Assembly: GCA_963762175.1 (NCBI GenBank)
Contig: CAVXJW010000005.1
Span: 438,123-502,122, forward strand
Direction: 5' to 3'
Length of the DNA stretch: 64,000 nucleotides
Origin: an uncultured Acidimicrobiaceae bacterium
GTDB taxonomy: Bacteria > Actinomycetota > Acidimicrobiia > Acidimicrobiales > RAAP-2
Shown here: one piece after another, positions 23,330-33,352 of the stretch
How positions within the stretch are numbered: the first letter of the stretch is position 1
Layout: each line of letters opens with the position of its first letter
Position numbers and translations under genes: made by a program
Notes under the pieces: model-generated
The model's input: the letters and a program-made list of their open reading frames with translations, nothing else
Databases searched by the model: none
What the model was told of the DNA's origin: nothing

Positions 23330-24316
23330 TCAGGCGGCGGGCGTGGCGGGCGGCGCGGCCGGCGGCGGCGCGATGTCGGCCGGCCACAGCTCGGCCTTGG
23401 CCAAGGCCTCCAGCGCCGCCTCGCGCAGAGCGCGTGTGAGGGCATCGCGCTGCGACGGCACGGTGAGCAGCATGACGCGCACGGTGAGCGTCGAGGCGTC
23501 GGCGGTCTGCAGACCCACCACGGTCGGCGGTTCGGTGACGTGGTCGTCGAACGGCGGGCTCGTCGCGACCTCGTGGGCCGCAGTCCCGATGACCCGGCGC
23601 ACCCCCTCCAGGTCGGCCGCGCTGGCGCCTGGCAGCGTGATGTCGACGATGGCGCGGGCCCAACCGCGCGAGAGGTTCCCGATGAGGCGGATGTCGCCGT
23701 TCGGGATCACGAACATGGTGCCGTCGACGCCGCGGAAGCGGGTGAGCCGCATGGTCACCTCCTCGACCACGCCGGTCACACCACCCACCGTGACCGAGTC
23801 ACCGACGTTGTACTGATCTTCCATCGTCATGAGAATGCCTGAGAAGTAGTCGCGCACGATCTGCTGTGCGCCGAAGCCCAGAGTGGCGCCGATGATGGTG
23901 GCGCTGGCGAGCAACGGGGTGAGGTTGATGCCGAGCATCCCCAGCACGATGGCGCCGGCCACCACGAACACGAAGAAGCGCCAGATGTTGGCGACCACCC
24001 CGGACATGGTGGCGACCCGGGCCCCGGCCCGTGACGAGCCCGAGCGCGTCGCCGCCTGATTTGCCACACGTTCGAGCACGCGCCGGATCACCCGCGAGCC
24101 CAGGCGGGCCACGATGAGCGCGATCACGACCACGATCAGGATGCTGAGCGGTCGGACGACGAGGTCGGTCACGGTCGAGGCCGTGTCCGGGCTGACCCCG
24201 AATTTGATCAGCAGGTGATAGAGCCAGCCCCCGCCTTGGTCGACCTGGTTGCCGGTGGTGGTGGCGCGCAGGGTGCCCACCAGGGCAGGAAGCGGCGCCA
24301 GGGAGGGTGAGGTCAC
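23330..24316 (-). CDS. mechanosensitive ion channel family protein (MscS-like)
   Basis: Uninterrupted 328 aa with three TM helices, then LGFGAQQIVRDYFSGILMTMEDQYNVGDSVTVGGVTGVVEEVTMRLTRFRGVDGTMFVIPNG. Confidence 0.88.
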   Translation of the reverse strand: MTSPSLAPLPALVGTLRATTTGNQVDQGGGWLYHLLIKFGVSPDTASTVTDLVVRPLSILIVVVIALIVARLGSRVIRRVLERVANQAATRSGSSRAGARVATMSGVVANIWRFFVFVVAGAIVLGMLGINLTPLLASATIIGATLGFGAQQIVRDYFSGILMTMEDQYNVGDSVTVGGVTGVVEEVTMRLTRFRGVDGTMFVIPNGDIRLIGNLSRGWARAIVDITLPGASAADLEGVRRVIGTAAHEVATSPPFDDHVTEPPTVVGLQTADASTLTVRVMLLTVPSQRDALTRALREAALEALAKAELWPADIAPPPAAPPATPAA

Positions 24317-24345
24317 GGCCGGTATTCTGTCCCCGAATCCGCCTT

Positions 24346-25498
24346 ATGACCACACTTGCCCGAACACACGTTGCCGCCCGCCGCAGCGTGCCGCCGTTCG
24401 ACCTCATTCTGGTTGCCGCCACGCTGCTGGTGTCGATCATCGGGGTGGTCATGGTCTTCACGGCCACCCGCGGGTCGCTCTTGGCCGAGGGGGACGATCC
24501 CAAGACGTTCCTGAAGAAGCAAGGGCTCTTCGTCGTTCTGGGCCTCATCGTCATGGTGGTGGTCGCCTTGATCGACTACCGGCGACTCGAACCGGTGGCC
24601 AACGTCCTCTACTGGCTGATCGTGCTCGCGCTGCTGGGAGTCTTCGCGATCGGGAGCAGCGCCCAGGGGGCCGCCCGGTGGTTCAGCCTGGGCCCGCTGC
24701 AGTTACAACCGTCCGAATTCGCCGTGCTGGCGCTGATCCTGGCGGTGGCGGCGTATTGCGCCGCGCCGCGAAGAAGAGGGCTTGGCCTGGCGTGACGTCT
24801 TCCGTCTGCTCATCATGGCCGCCATCCCGATCGTCCTGGTGCTGCTCCAGCCCGACCTCGGGACGGCGATGATCATGGTGATCGTGCTGCTGGTGCTGCT
24901 CGCGGTGGCCGGACTGCCCATCCGGATTCTGGTCATGCTGCTCATAGGGACAGCGCTCTTCGCCTTCATCGCGATCGCCGGAGGCCTGCTGCACCACTAC
25001 CAGATCGCGCGGCTGACGACCTTCCTCAACCCGAACTCGCACAGCACGAACCCCTATGTGCAATCGGCCATCTACAACACGCAGCAGGCCAAGAACGCCA
25101 TCGGCTCCGGCGGCATATTCGGGTCGGGCATCGGGCACGGGGTGGAGACGAATCTTGGCTACGTGCCCGAGCAGCAGACCGACTTCATCTTCACCGCGGT
25201 GGCCGAGCAACTCGGTTTCGTGGGCGCCGTGGGCGTGCTGTTCCTCGAAGGCGTGATCGCCTGGCGGGTGCTGCACGCCGCTGTCGTGGCCCGCGACATC
25301 TTCGGCCGCCTTATCTGTGCCGGCCTGTTCGCCTTCATCGCCTTCAGCGTCTTCCAGAACGCGGGGATGACCATGGGCATCATGCCGATCACGGGGATCC
25401 CGCTCCCGTTCGTGAGCTACGGCGGCACGGCGGTCCTCGTGTTCTTCACGGCGGTCGGGCTGGCCCTCAGCGTGAGTGCCAGGCGGCGCTTCCGATGA
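24346..25498 (+). CDS. SEDS-family peptidoglycan polymerase (FtsW/RodA); +1 shift at about 24770
   Basis: LQLQPSEFAVLALIL, LLQPDLGTAMIM, FIFTAVAEQLGFVGA, GIMPITGIPLPFVSYGGTA. Start set at the ATG giving MTTLARTH. Confidence 0.85.
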
Positions 25499-26055
25499 GC
25501 GACCTGGAAGGTCTGGCCATAGTGGCCGCGGCCGATGCTGCGGCGGCCGAAGCGGCCGCCACCGCGCCGGCGGACGGTGGTCCGTCCTCCGCATCCGAGC
25601 CGGACGACGACGTCGAGGTGGCCACCCCCGCCTTCCGGGTCATGGACGTCGAGGACGTCTCACTCGACCTGCCGTCGCCGTACCCGGCCGTCACGCTGGT
25701 GGAATCGGAGCCCCCGATGCGGGCGCTCGTCTTCCCGGTGGGCCTGCCGGAGGGGACGGCCATGGCCCAGGCCCTGCGGCGCATGGACTCGCGGCGGCCC
25801 ATGACCCACGAGCTCTTCATGCAGGTGTTGCAGCGGGCGCGCATCGACGTCATCGCCCTGCGCCTGGTCGGGCGCGACGAGGGCAATCTGCTCGCCGAGC
25901 TCGATCTCATGACGCCGAGCGGTCGTGAGCGCATCGACTGCCGGCCGTCCGACGGGATCGTCCTCGCCCTACGCATGCCGGTGCCGGCGCCGATCCTGGT
26001 CGACGAGCGCTTGCTCGACGACGCCGGCGACGTCGTCCCGATCGCCGGCACCTGA
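25495..26055 (+). CDS. bifunctional nuclease family protein (DUF151)
   Basis: ATG overlaps the upstream stop (ATGA). PAVTLVESEPPMRALVFPVGLPEGTAMAQAL...RPMTHELFMQVL...ELDLMTPSGRERIDCRPSDGIVLALR. Confidence 0.75.
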   Translation: MSDLEGLAIVAAADAAAAEAAATAPADGGPSSASEPDDDVEVATPAFRVMDVEDVSLDLPSPYPAVTLVESEPPMRALVFPVGLPEGTAMAQALRRMDSRRPMTHELFMQVLQRARIDVIALRLVGRDEGNLLAELDLMTPSGRERIDCRPSDGIVLALRMPVPAPILVDERLLDDAGDVVPIAGT

Positions 26056-26072
26056 GCAGGCCGCGGGCGTCG

Positions 26073-26885
26073 ATGCCGTCAGCCGCGGGCCACATGCTGG
26101 AGGTGCCCGGCGCGCGCCTGTACTACGAGGTGCAAGGTGCGGGCCCGCCGCTCATGTTGATCGGTCATCCCATGGGCGCGTCGGGGTTCGCCTCGATCGC
26201 GCCGGTGTTGGCCGAGGCTTTCACCGTGGTGACCTACGACCCTCGGGGCTTCGATCGCAGCACGATCGAGGATCCCGGCCAAGACGGTGAGCCGGACCTG
26301 TTGGCCGACGACGTCCGCCGCGTGCTCGAGGCCGCAGTCGGCGGGGTGCCGGCGCATGTCTTCGGGAGCAGCGGCGGTGCCGTGTCGGGGCTCGCCCTCG
26401 TGGCGCATTTCCCCGACCACGTCGAGACCCTCGTCGCCCACGAGGCCCCCCTGGGCCTGCTCCTGCCCGAGGCCGAAGAGGTGCGGGTGGGCATGCAGGA
26501 GATCGACGACACCTACCGCGAGAAGGGCATCAGCGCCGCGTGGCAGCAGTTCGGCTCGTTCACCGGCCTGAACATCCCGAGCCCGGACCCATCTCCCGAT
26601 GCGCCGCCGCCCTCGGCGGCCGAGATGGCTTCCGCCACGCGTTTCTTCGAACACGGGCTGTTCCCCATTGCGCTGTACGAGCCCGACTTCGCCGCCCTCG
26701 AGGCGGCGGCGACGCGGATCATCGTGGCCGGGGGAACGACCTCTCGGGGCCAGTTCCCGCAGCGCACCGCCGCCGCACTGGCGGAGCGCCTGGGCACGCC
26801 CCTGATCGATTTTCCCGGTGGCCACGACGGCTTCGCTCGCCAGCCGACGGAGTTCGCCGCGGTGCTGCTGCGCGCCCTGGATTAG
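26073..26885 (+). CDS. alpha/beta hydrolase
   Basis: Uninterrupted 270 aa. Nucleophile-elbow-like FGSSGGAVSG, a preceding PLMLIGHPMG block, and a C-terminal FPGGHDGF. Confidence 0.75.
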   Translation: MPSAAGHMLEVPGARLYYEVQGAGPPLMLIGHPMGASGFASIAPVLAEAFTVVTYDPRGFDRSTIEDPGQDGEPDLLADDVRRVLEAAVGGVPAHVFGSSGGAVSGLALVAHFPDHVETLVAHEAPLGLLLPEAEEVRVGMQEIDDTYREKGISAAWQQFGSFTGLNIPSPDPSPDAPPPSAAEMASATRFFEHGLFPIALYEPDFAALEAAATRIIVAGGTTSRGQFPQRTAAALAERLGTPLIDFPGGHDGFARQPTEFAAVLLRALD

Positions 26886-26930
26886 GTCTGCCGCGGGGCG
26901 GTCGGCCAGCAGGCAGCGCCCCCGCTGAGC

Positions 26931-27425
26931 TCAGCGAATCGGACTCCCGAAACGGAGGCGGTTGCCGTCGGGGTCGGTCACGGATCCCTCCCGCTTGCCG
27001 TCGTCCTCGTCGCGCGGGCCGTCCACCTCGATGCCCGCCTGCCTCCATTCCGCAGCCACCCGATCGGCATCCTGGCAATGGAGGTAGAGCACGCCCTGAC
27101 CGGGGAGCTCATCGTCCACGATCCGAGCCAGATGGACGGTGAGGTCGCGGTCGCGGTGCGCAAAGGCGTACGTCGCATCGTGGAGCGACACCTCGAAGCC
27201 CGCACGCTCGAACCAGGCGGTCGATCGGGCGATGTCGGCGACCCTGAAGATGGGCTCGAAGCCCGTGACGGTCCAGGCGCCCGAGATCAACTGCAACTGG
27301 CCGTCTCGCTGCCCGTTCAGCCCGCCGAGGCAGTCATGGCAGATCGGGAGCTCCGGGTGCGAGCGCAACCGGACGTACCACTCGACTGAGTTCCCGCAAC
27401 ACGTGCATGTCGCAGCCATGTTCAC
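26931..27425 (-). CDS. VOC (glyoxalase/bleomycin-resistance) family protein with an N-terminal Cys-rich segment
   Basis: 164 aa. CTCCGN...ICHDC, then IFRVADIARSTAWFERAGFEV...VLYLHCQDADRVAAEW...VTDPDGNRLRFG. Confidence 0.7.
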   Translation of the reverse strand: MNMAATCTCCGNSVEWYVRLRSHPELPICHDCLGGLNGQRDGQLQLISGAWTVTGFEPIFRVADIARSTAWFERAGFEVSLHDATYAFAHRDRDLTVHLARIVDDELPGQGVLYLHCQDADRVAAEWRQAGIEVDGPRDEDDGKREGSVTDPDGNRLRFGSPIR

Positions 27426-27513
27426 AATCTAGGGGGCCATCTGGTTCAAGGCGGCGGGCATTGGTGCGCGGCGGCGCGACTGGTTTCGAGGCGGCACGGC
27501 GTTCAGCGCAGCG

Positions 27514-28149
27514 CTACCGGGTCGCCTCCCGAGCAGCAGTCTCGACCCGCAGTCGGTAGGCATCCCACTCCGCTCCGGTGCGTTCGGGCATGTTGTTTCC
27601 GGGCGCGGTGAGGCCGGCCACGCCGTCAAGGAGCTCCCGCACGATGTCGGCATGACCCGCGTGGCGGTTCACCTCGGCGATCACGTGCACCAGGACGCGA
27701 TGCAGCGTGACCTCGCTTCGTGCGGCGGGCCACCACGGAACGTGCCCGAGCGCATCGAGGCGCAGCGCCTCGATGGTCGCGTTCGCGTGGGCGCTGCTCC
27801 GATGGAACAAGGCGACGACGTCTACGACCGATTCGTCCGGTCGAGCCCACATGTCGTCGTCACGCTCGGCCTCGTCCTCCTCCCAGGCCAGGTGCTCGGG
27901 AAACGGCCGGCCGAAGGTGACGCCGAAATAACCCGCCTGGACCCCGGCGACGTGCTTGACCAGGCCGAGGAGGTTGGTCGCCGTGGGCGTCATCGGCCGA
28001 CGCATGTCGTAGGGCGAGAGTCCGTCGAGCTTCCTCAGGAATCCCTCGCGACCCTGCTCCAAGTAGCGCAGGAGGTCCGACTTCGGATCGGAGATGGCCA
28101 TGCCCTCCATGATTGCAGGCACGCTTCCGGCCGCTCGGGACGAGGGCAC
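27514..28149 (-). CDS. DinB/DUF664-family protein (mycothiol-transferase-like)
   Basis: LLGLVKHVAGVQAGYF...HRSSAHANATIE...LHRVLVHVIAEVNRHAGHADIVRELLDG is the typical DinB four-helix His pattern. Start may be internal. Confidence 0.7.
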   Translation of the reverse strand: MPSSRAAGSVPAIMEGMAISDPKSDLLRYLEQGREGFLRKLDGLSPYDMRRPMTPTATNLLGLVKHVAGVQAGYFGVTFGRPFPEHLAWEEDEAERDDDMWARPDESVVDVVALFHRSSAHANATIEALRLDALGHVPWWPAARSEVTLHRVLVHVIAEVNRHAGHADIVRELLDGVAGLTAPGNNMPERTGAEWDAYRLRVETAAREATR

Positions 28150-28158
28150 TTGGTCTGT

Positions 28159-28617
28159 TCAGATCTGCAGCTCGTAGAAAATCTCGCGTCCGAAGTCACC
28201 GGGCGCCGAATGGGTGAAGGTGAAGCCGAATCCTTCATAGAGCCGCCGGGCCTCCGTCCACGCCGCATTCGTCTCCACCTCGATGCGGGAGACGTGGTGG
28301 AGTGTCCCGAGACGAATGAGTTCCGTCAGGATCCGGGTCGCGACGCCCCGTCTCCGGTGGCTTTGGCAGACGGACATCCGCACGATCTTGCCCTCTGTTC
28401 CTTCGAGAAGAAGGATGCCCGTCCCGACAATCACGGAATCGTCGATGGCAACGAGCACGCAGTCGGCGCCATAGTGCGCGGCAATGTCGTCGAGGTCGGG
28501 ATTGAGCGATGCGTCGACCGCTCCCCACCGCTCCGCCATGCCTTCGAGCACGAGCAGCCGGAACGCACGCTGCATGGAGGAATCAAACGGAACGACACGA
28601 ATCGTTCCCGCGGTCAT
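28159..28617 (-). CDS. GNAT-family N-acetyltransferase
   Basis: 152 aa. VCQSHRRRGVATRILTELI matches the acetyl-CoA motif A (Q/RxxGxG/A). Visibly lower GC than the neighbouring genes. Confidence 0.8.
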   Translation of the reverse strand: MTAGTIRVVPFDSSMQRAFRLLVLEGMAERWGAVDASLNPDLDDIAAHYGADCVLVAIDDSVIVGTGILLLEGTEGKIVRMSVCQSHRRRGVATRILTELIRLGTLHHVSRIEVETNAAWTEARRLYEGFGFTFTHSAPGDFGREIFYELQI

Positions 28618-28752
28618 CGCTCCAGTTTTGCAGCCGACCGCGTGCCGAACTGCTCTCCGAGGGGTCCGTGAGGGCCAGGGCTACGATCGTTCTCTGGGCG
28701 CACGAGGTGCAGATCGCATTCCTCCACGCCGCGGCAGGAAGACGATCAGAGC

Positions 28753-29016
28753 ATGAAGAAGACCTTCCGGGCGCAACTGCAGAAGAGCCCCAACAAGGGT
28801 GGATGGACCTACGTCGTGATGGACGGTTCCGCCGCGTTCTTCGGAACGAAGGGCCTCGTCAAGGTGAGGGGCACGGTCGACGGCGAACCCTTCGAGAGTT
28901 CGTTCATGGCGCTCGGTGACGGCACGCACAAGCTGCCGATCAAGGCCGCGATCCGCAAGAAGATCGGGAAGGATGCCGGCGACACAGTCACCGTGCGGCT
29001 CACGGAACGCATCTAG
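28753..29016 (+). CDS. DUF1905 domain protein
   Basis: 87 aa. [58 protein letters not shown]. Confidence 0.7.
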   Translation: MKKTFRAQLQKSPNKGGWTYVVMDGSAAFFGTKGLVKVRGTVDGEPFESSFMALGDGTHKLPIKAAIRKKIGKDAGDTVTVRLTERI

Positions 29017-29124
29017 GGGGATTTTCCGGTCGCTCCGGCCGGTCCGGGGGGTCCCGCCAGGCTTTCGCCCGTGGCGCCATCGCCTGACAAGATCAGACCA
29101 ACCCGAACCCTTTACCGAGGTGCC

Positions 29125-29463
29125 ATGAGTACGGATGCACATCCCGTCGTCATCAAGATCAACGCCATCACCGTCCCCGCCGACTCGGGCGACGAGTTGG
29201 CCCGTCGCTTCGCGCGCGGGCGCGGCGCCGTCGACAACCAGGAGGGCTTCGAAGGCTTCGAGCTCTTGCGTCCCACCGACGAGCGTCTGCAGTGGCTCGT
29301 CGTGACCCGCTGGCGCGACGAGGAGTCGTTCCAGAACTGGGTCTCGTCGCCAGCCTTCGCGCACGGCCATGCCGGCGCCGACCGTCCTTCGCCGCACGGT
29401 GGTCCGGTCTCCGTCTCGTCCGAGCTGTGGTCATACGAGGTGGCCGGCGGCTCGGAGGGTTAG
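29125..29463 (+). CDS. antibiotic biosynthesis monooxygenase (ABM) family protein, MhuD/IsdG-like size
   Basis: ATG at 29125. VVIKINAITVPADSGDELARRFA...EGFEGFELLRPTDE...WLVVTRWRDEESFQNW. Confidence 0.7.
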   Translation: MSTDAHPVVIKINAITVPADSGDELARRFARGRGAVDNQEGFEGFELLRPTDERLQWLVVTRWRDEESFQNWVSSPAFAHGHAGADRPSPHGGPVSVSSELWSYEVAGGSEG

Positions 29464-29542
29464 CGAGGGCCGCAGCCGGCCCGGCGCTCACGTCTTCAGG
29501 GTTCGGACCGCACCGCCCTCGGGTTCGAGCTCGGGCGGTGCG

Positions 29543-30919
29543 TCAGCCCGCGGGAACCATCGGGCGCTCGCCCGGCCCGCCGGCCGACCCGGCGGCCAGC
29601 ATGGCGGCCTGGGCCTCCGCACCCTCGTCCGAGATGCGCAGCATGAGCGCGATCAGGACGTAGTTCGCCAGCAGGGAGGACCCGCCGTAGGCGACGAACG
29701 GGAGCGTGATCCCCGTGAAGGGCAGCAGCCGCACCACCCCCGCCATGATGAAGAAGGCCTGGAAACCCAGGATCAGCGTGAGCCCCGTCGCCATGAGGCG
29801 CGAGAAGTCCGACCGGGCGGTCTGGGCCACCCGGAAGCCGGAGCCCACCAGGAGGATGAAGGCCATCACCACGGCGACGCAGCCGACCAGGCCCATCTCG
29901 GTGCCGATGGCGGCGAAGATCATGTCGCTGGTCAGTTCGGGGATCACGTAGGCGTAGTGGTCGAAACCGAGTCCGGTCCCGCCGATGCCACCGGTGCCCA
30001 TGCTGTACCAGCCCTGACTGAGCTGGTAGCCGCCCGCGTTCTGATTGGTCGCCGTCGGCCACGGGTTCTGCCATTCGGTCACCCGCAGGTGCACCTGACC
30101 GAAATATCGTGCCGCGATGTAGGCGCCGACGCCGAACAGCACGAGGCCGAGGACCAGGTAGCCGACCCGGCCCGGTGGCGACCCAGAGCAGGCCGATGAA
30201 GAGGACGAAGAGCAGCGCGGCGAAGCCGATGTCGTCCTCGAGCCCGATGACGGCCATGGCGGCGCCCCAGGCCACGATGATCGGGATGAGCGGCCGGGGG
30301 TCGAGGACGAGGCGGTTGCCGATCTGCGCCGTGGGATGGTGAGCATCTCCTTGTTCTCCGCGAAGTAGGAGGCGAAGTAGATGCACAGGAGGATCTTGGA
30401 GAACTCGATCGGCTGGAACGACAGGTTGCCGTAGTGCACCCACAGCCGGGCGCCGCCGATCGGCGAGAAGAAGAGCGGGACGACCAGGAAGATGCCGGCC
30501 ACCAGCAGCAACAGATAGCGGTAGCGCTCCAGGTCACGCGAGTAGCGGACCACCAGCAGCGTGAGCACGTAGAGGCCGATGCCGAGCGCGGCCCAGGCCG
30601 CCTGGCCCTGCGCCTGCCCCGGGTCCCAGCGGGCGATGACGACGTAGCCGATCCCGTTCAGCAGGACGGCCAGCGGGAGGATCACCGCATTGGCCATCGG
30701 GGCGAGCCAGCGGTTCGCCATGTGGGCGCACAGCGCCAGGCCGAGCACGACGCCGAGGAAGACGCCGATGTTGTCCGGGATCTTGGACTTCTGGCCGAGG
30801 ACGGCGATGATGTAGAGCGCGACGACGAGCAGCGCGGCGAAGAGGAGCAGGCCCAACTCCGTCCGCCGCTTGGGCTTGGGGCCGAAGACATAGCGCGGGA
30901 GCGAGACTGCGGCGGGCAC
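29543..30919 (-). CDS. second SEDS-family protein (FtsW/RodA-like); two shifts at about 30330 and about 30170
   Basis: LSFQPIEFSKILLCIYFASYF, then in another frame IPIIVAWGAAMAVIGLEDDIGFAALLFVLF, then SDMIFAAIGTEMGLVG and RLLPFTGITLPFVAYGGSS. Start (GTG at 30919) is a guess. Confidence 0.8.
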   Translation of the reverse strand: MPAAVSLPRYVFGPKPKRRTELGLLLFAALLVVALYIIAVLGQKSKIPDNIGVFLGVVLGLALCAHMANRWLAPMANAVILPLAVLLNGIGYVVIARWDPGQAQGQAAWAALGIGLYVLTLLVVRYSRDLERYRYLLLLVAGIFLVVPLFFSPIGGARLWVHYGNLSFQPIEFSKILLCIYFASYFAENKEMLTIPRRRSATASSSTPGRSSRSSWPGAPPWPSSGSRTTSASPRCSSSSSSACSGSPPGRVGYLVLGLVLFGVGAYIAARYFGQVHLRVTEWQNPWPTATNQNAGGYQLSQGWYSMGTGGIGGTGLGFDHYAYVIPELTSDMIFAAIGTEMGLVGCVAVVMAFILLVGSGFRVAQTARSDFSRLMATGLTLILGFQAFFIMAGVVRLLPFTGITLPFVAYGGSSLLANYVLIALMLRISDEGAEAQAAMLAAGSAGGPGERPMVPAG

Positions 30920-31012
30920 GGACAGCAGACGGCACCGGGCGAATCGTAGTGGTGGGGGGTAGGATTCGGGGTGACATCCCGCTTCGGACGCTCGCCGCTG
31001 GACCTCCTCCCC

Positions 31013-33296
31013 ATGACCCAGACACAGCCCCAGCACCAACCCCCGGCGCAGCCCGAGCCCCAGGTCACAGGCGGAACCGGGGACTGGGCGAGCGCAGCTG
31101 GAGCGGGGGAGCAGCGCATCGGCGAAGCAGCCGACGTCGAGCACCCGACCCCGCCGACCTACCAGCAGATCGAGGCGTTCGGATACCAGCGCTTCACCAA
31201 CCGGGAGCAGTCACGGCTCGACTTCGGCGCCCGCCTGCTCGATCTGGCCGAGGACGACGGCGTCCCCCTGCTGGAGCGGGCCAAGTTCCTCGCCATCTTC
31301 TCCGAGCTGCTCGACGAGTTCTACCAAATCCGGGTCGCCGCGCTCGAGGACCAGGTCGCTGCCGGCGTGCGCACCCGCTCGGTCGACGGCCTGCGCCCCG
31401 GCGAGCAGCTCACCATGATCCGGACCCGCGTCGAGGAGCTCGTCCGCCGCCAGGACCACATCTTCTTGGACCTGATCGTGCCGGGCCTGGCCGACGCCGG
31501 CATCCGCTTCGCCAGTTGGGCCTCGCTCAACGACGAGGACCGCCAGCACCTCGTCGAGGTCTTCCAGCGCCAGATCTACCCGGTCCTCACGCCGCTGGCC
31601 GTCGATCCCGGCCACCCTTTCCCCTACATCTCGAACCTGTCGCTCAACCTCGTGGTCGAGGTGCAGGACCCGTCCTCGGGCGAGGGCCGCATCGCCCGGG
31701 TCAAGGTGCCGCCGGCCCTGCCTCGCTTCGTCGTCATGCCCGACGGCGAGCGCTTCGTGCCCCTGGAGCAGGTCATCTCGGCCCACCTGGACTCGCTCTT
31801 CCCGGGCATGACGATCGGCCACCACCACGCCTTCCGGGTCACCCGCAACGCCGACCTCGCCCTCGAGGAGGACGAGGCGGACGACCTGCTGGTCGCGATC
31901 GAGATGGAGCTGCGCCGCCGCCGCTTCGGCAAGGCTCTCCGGCTCGAGATCGAGGCCGACATGGGCCAGGACCTGGCCGACCTGCTGGCCACCGAGCTCG
32001 AGGTCGGCGCCGACGGCGTCTTCCGTGTCGGGGCGCCGCTCGACCTGAGCGGGCTGTGGGGCGTCTACGCCCTCGACCGCCCCGACCTCCACGGCGAGAG
32101 CTGGACGCCCATGACGCCGCCCCGCCTGGCCCAGGCGGCGCACGATCCGGCCGAGTTCTTCGCCATGCTGCGCGAGCGCGACGTGCTGGTGCACCATCCC
32201 TACGACTCCTTCGCCACCTCGGTCGAGGCGTTCGTCGCCCAGGCCGCCGAGGACCCGGCTGGTGCTGGGGATCAAGCAGACGCTCTACCGCACGGGCGGC
32301 GACAGCCCGATCGTGGCCGCGCTCATCCGGGCGGCCGAGAACGGCAAGCAGGTCGCCGCCATCGTCGAGCTCAAGGCGCGCTTCGACGAGGAGGCCAACA
32401 TCGGCTGGGCCCGCGCGCTCGAAGAAGTGGGCGTGCACGTCGTCTACGGCATCGTCGGACTCAAGACGCACTCCAAGACCGCGCTCGTGCTGCGGCGCGA
32501 GGAGGACGGGGTGCGCCACTACTGCCACGTGGGCACCGGCAACTACAACTCCAAGACGGCGCGCATCTACGAGGACATCGGATTGCTGACGTCGGACCCC
32601 GCCATCGGCGCCGACGTCGGCGAGCTCTTCAACTACCTCACCGGCTTCTCGCGTCACGCCGACTACGAGCAGATCCTCGTGTCGCCGGTGACGGTGCGCA
32701 AGCGCATCCTCGCCATGATCGAGGAGCAGGCGGAGGCGGGTCCGGCCGGCCGCATCGTCCTGAAGCTCAACGGTCTGACCGACGCCGCCATGATCGACGC
32801 GCTCTACCGGGCCTCGGGCGCCGGCGTCGAGATCGACCTGGCCGTGCGCGGCCTGTGCCGGTTGCGCCCCGGCATCCCCGAGCTGTCCGAGCGCATCCGC
32901 GTCCGTTCCATCGTGGGCAGCTTCCTCGAGCATTCGAGGATCTACCGCTTCGGCGGCGCCCCCGCCGACCCGGCGGCCGGGCCCGGACTGCCTCTCAAGA
33001 TCTTCATCGGCTCGGCCGACCTCATGGGCCGCAACCTCGACCGACGCATCGAGGTGGTCGTCCCGGTGCGCGACCCAGAGCTGCAGTCGCGGCTCTTCGA
33101 GGTGCTCGACCTCGTCTTCGCCGACGAGACCAACGCCTGGGAACTGGGCTCGGACCGGCGCTGGCGCCGTGTGCCCAACCGGCACGGCGTGAGCTCGCAG
33201 GAGCGGCTCAAGGAGCTGGCGCGGGAGCGGGCCCGCCGCCGCCTCGACACGGACCTCCGCGTTGGCGAGGGCGACGAGACCAAGCCGTCGGCGTAG
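31013..33296 (+). CDS. ppk1: polyphosphate kinase 1; +1 shift at about 32258
   Basis: [44 protein letters not shown], then in the next frame [15 protein letters not shown]...[53 protein letters not shown]. Confidence 0.9.
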
Positions 33297-33352
33297 GGCG
33301 GGGTTCGTGGCATGATCGGGGCGCGGACCTGCAGGGGCAGGCGCGGTCGCCG

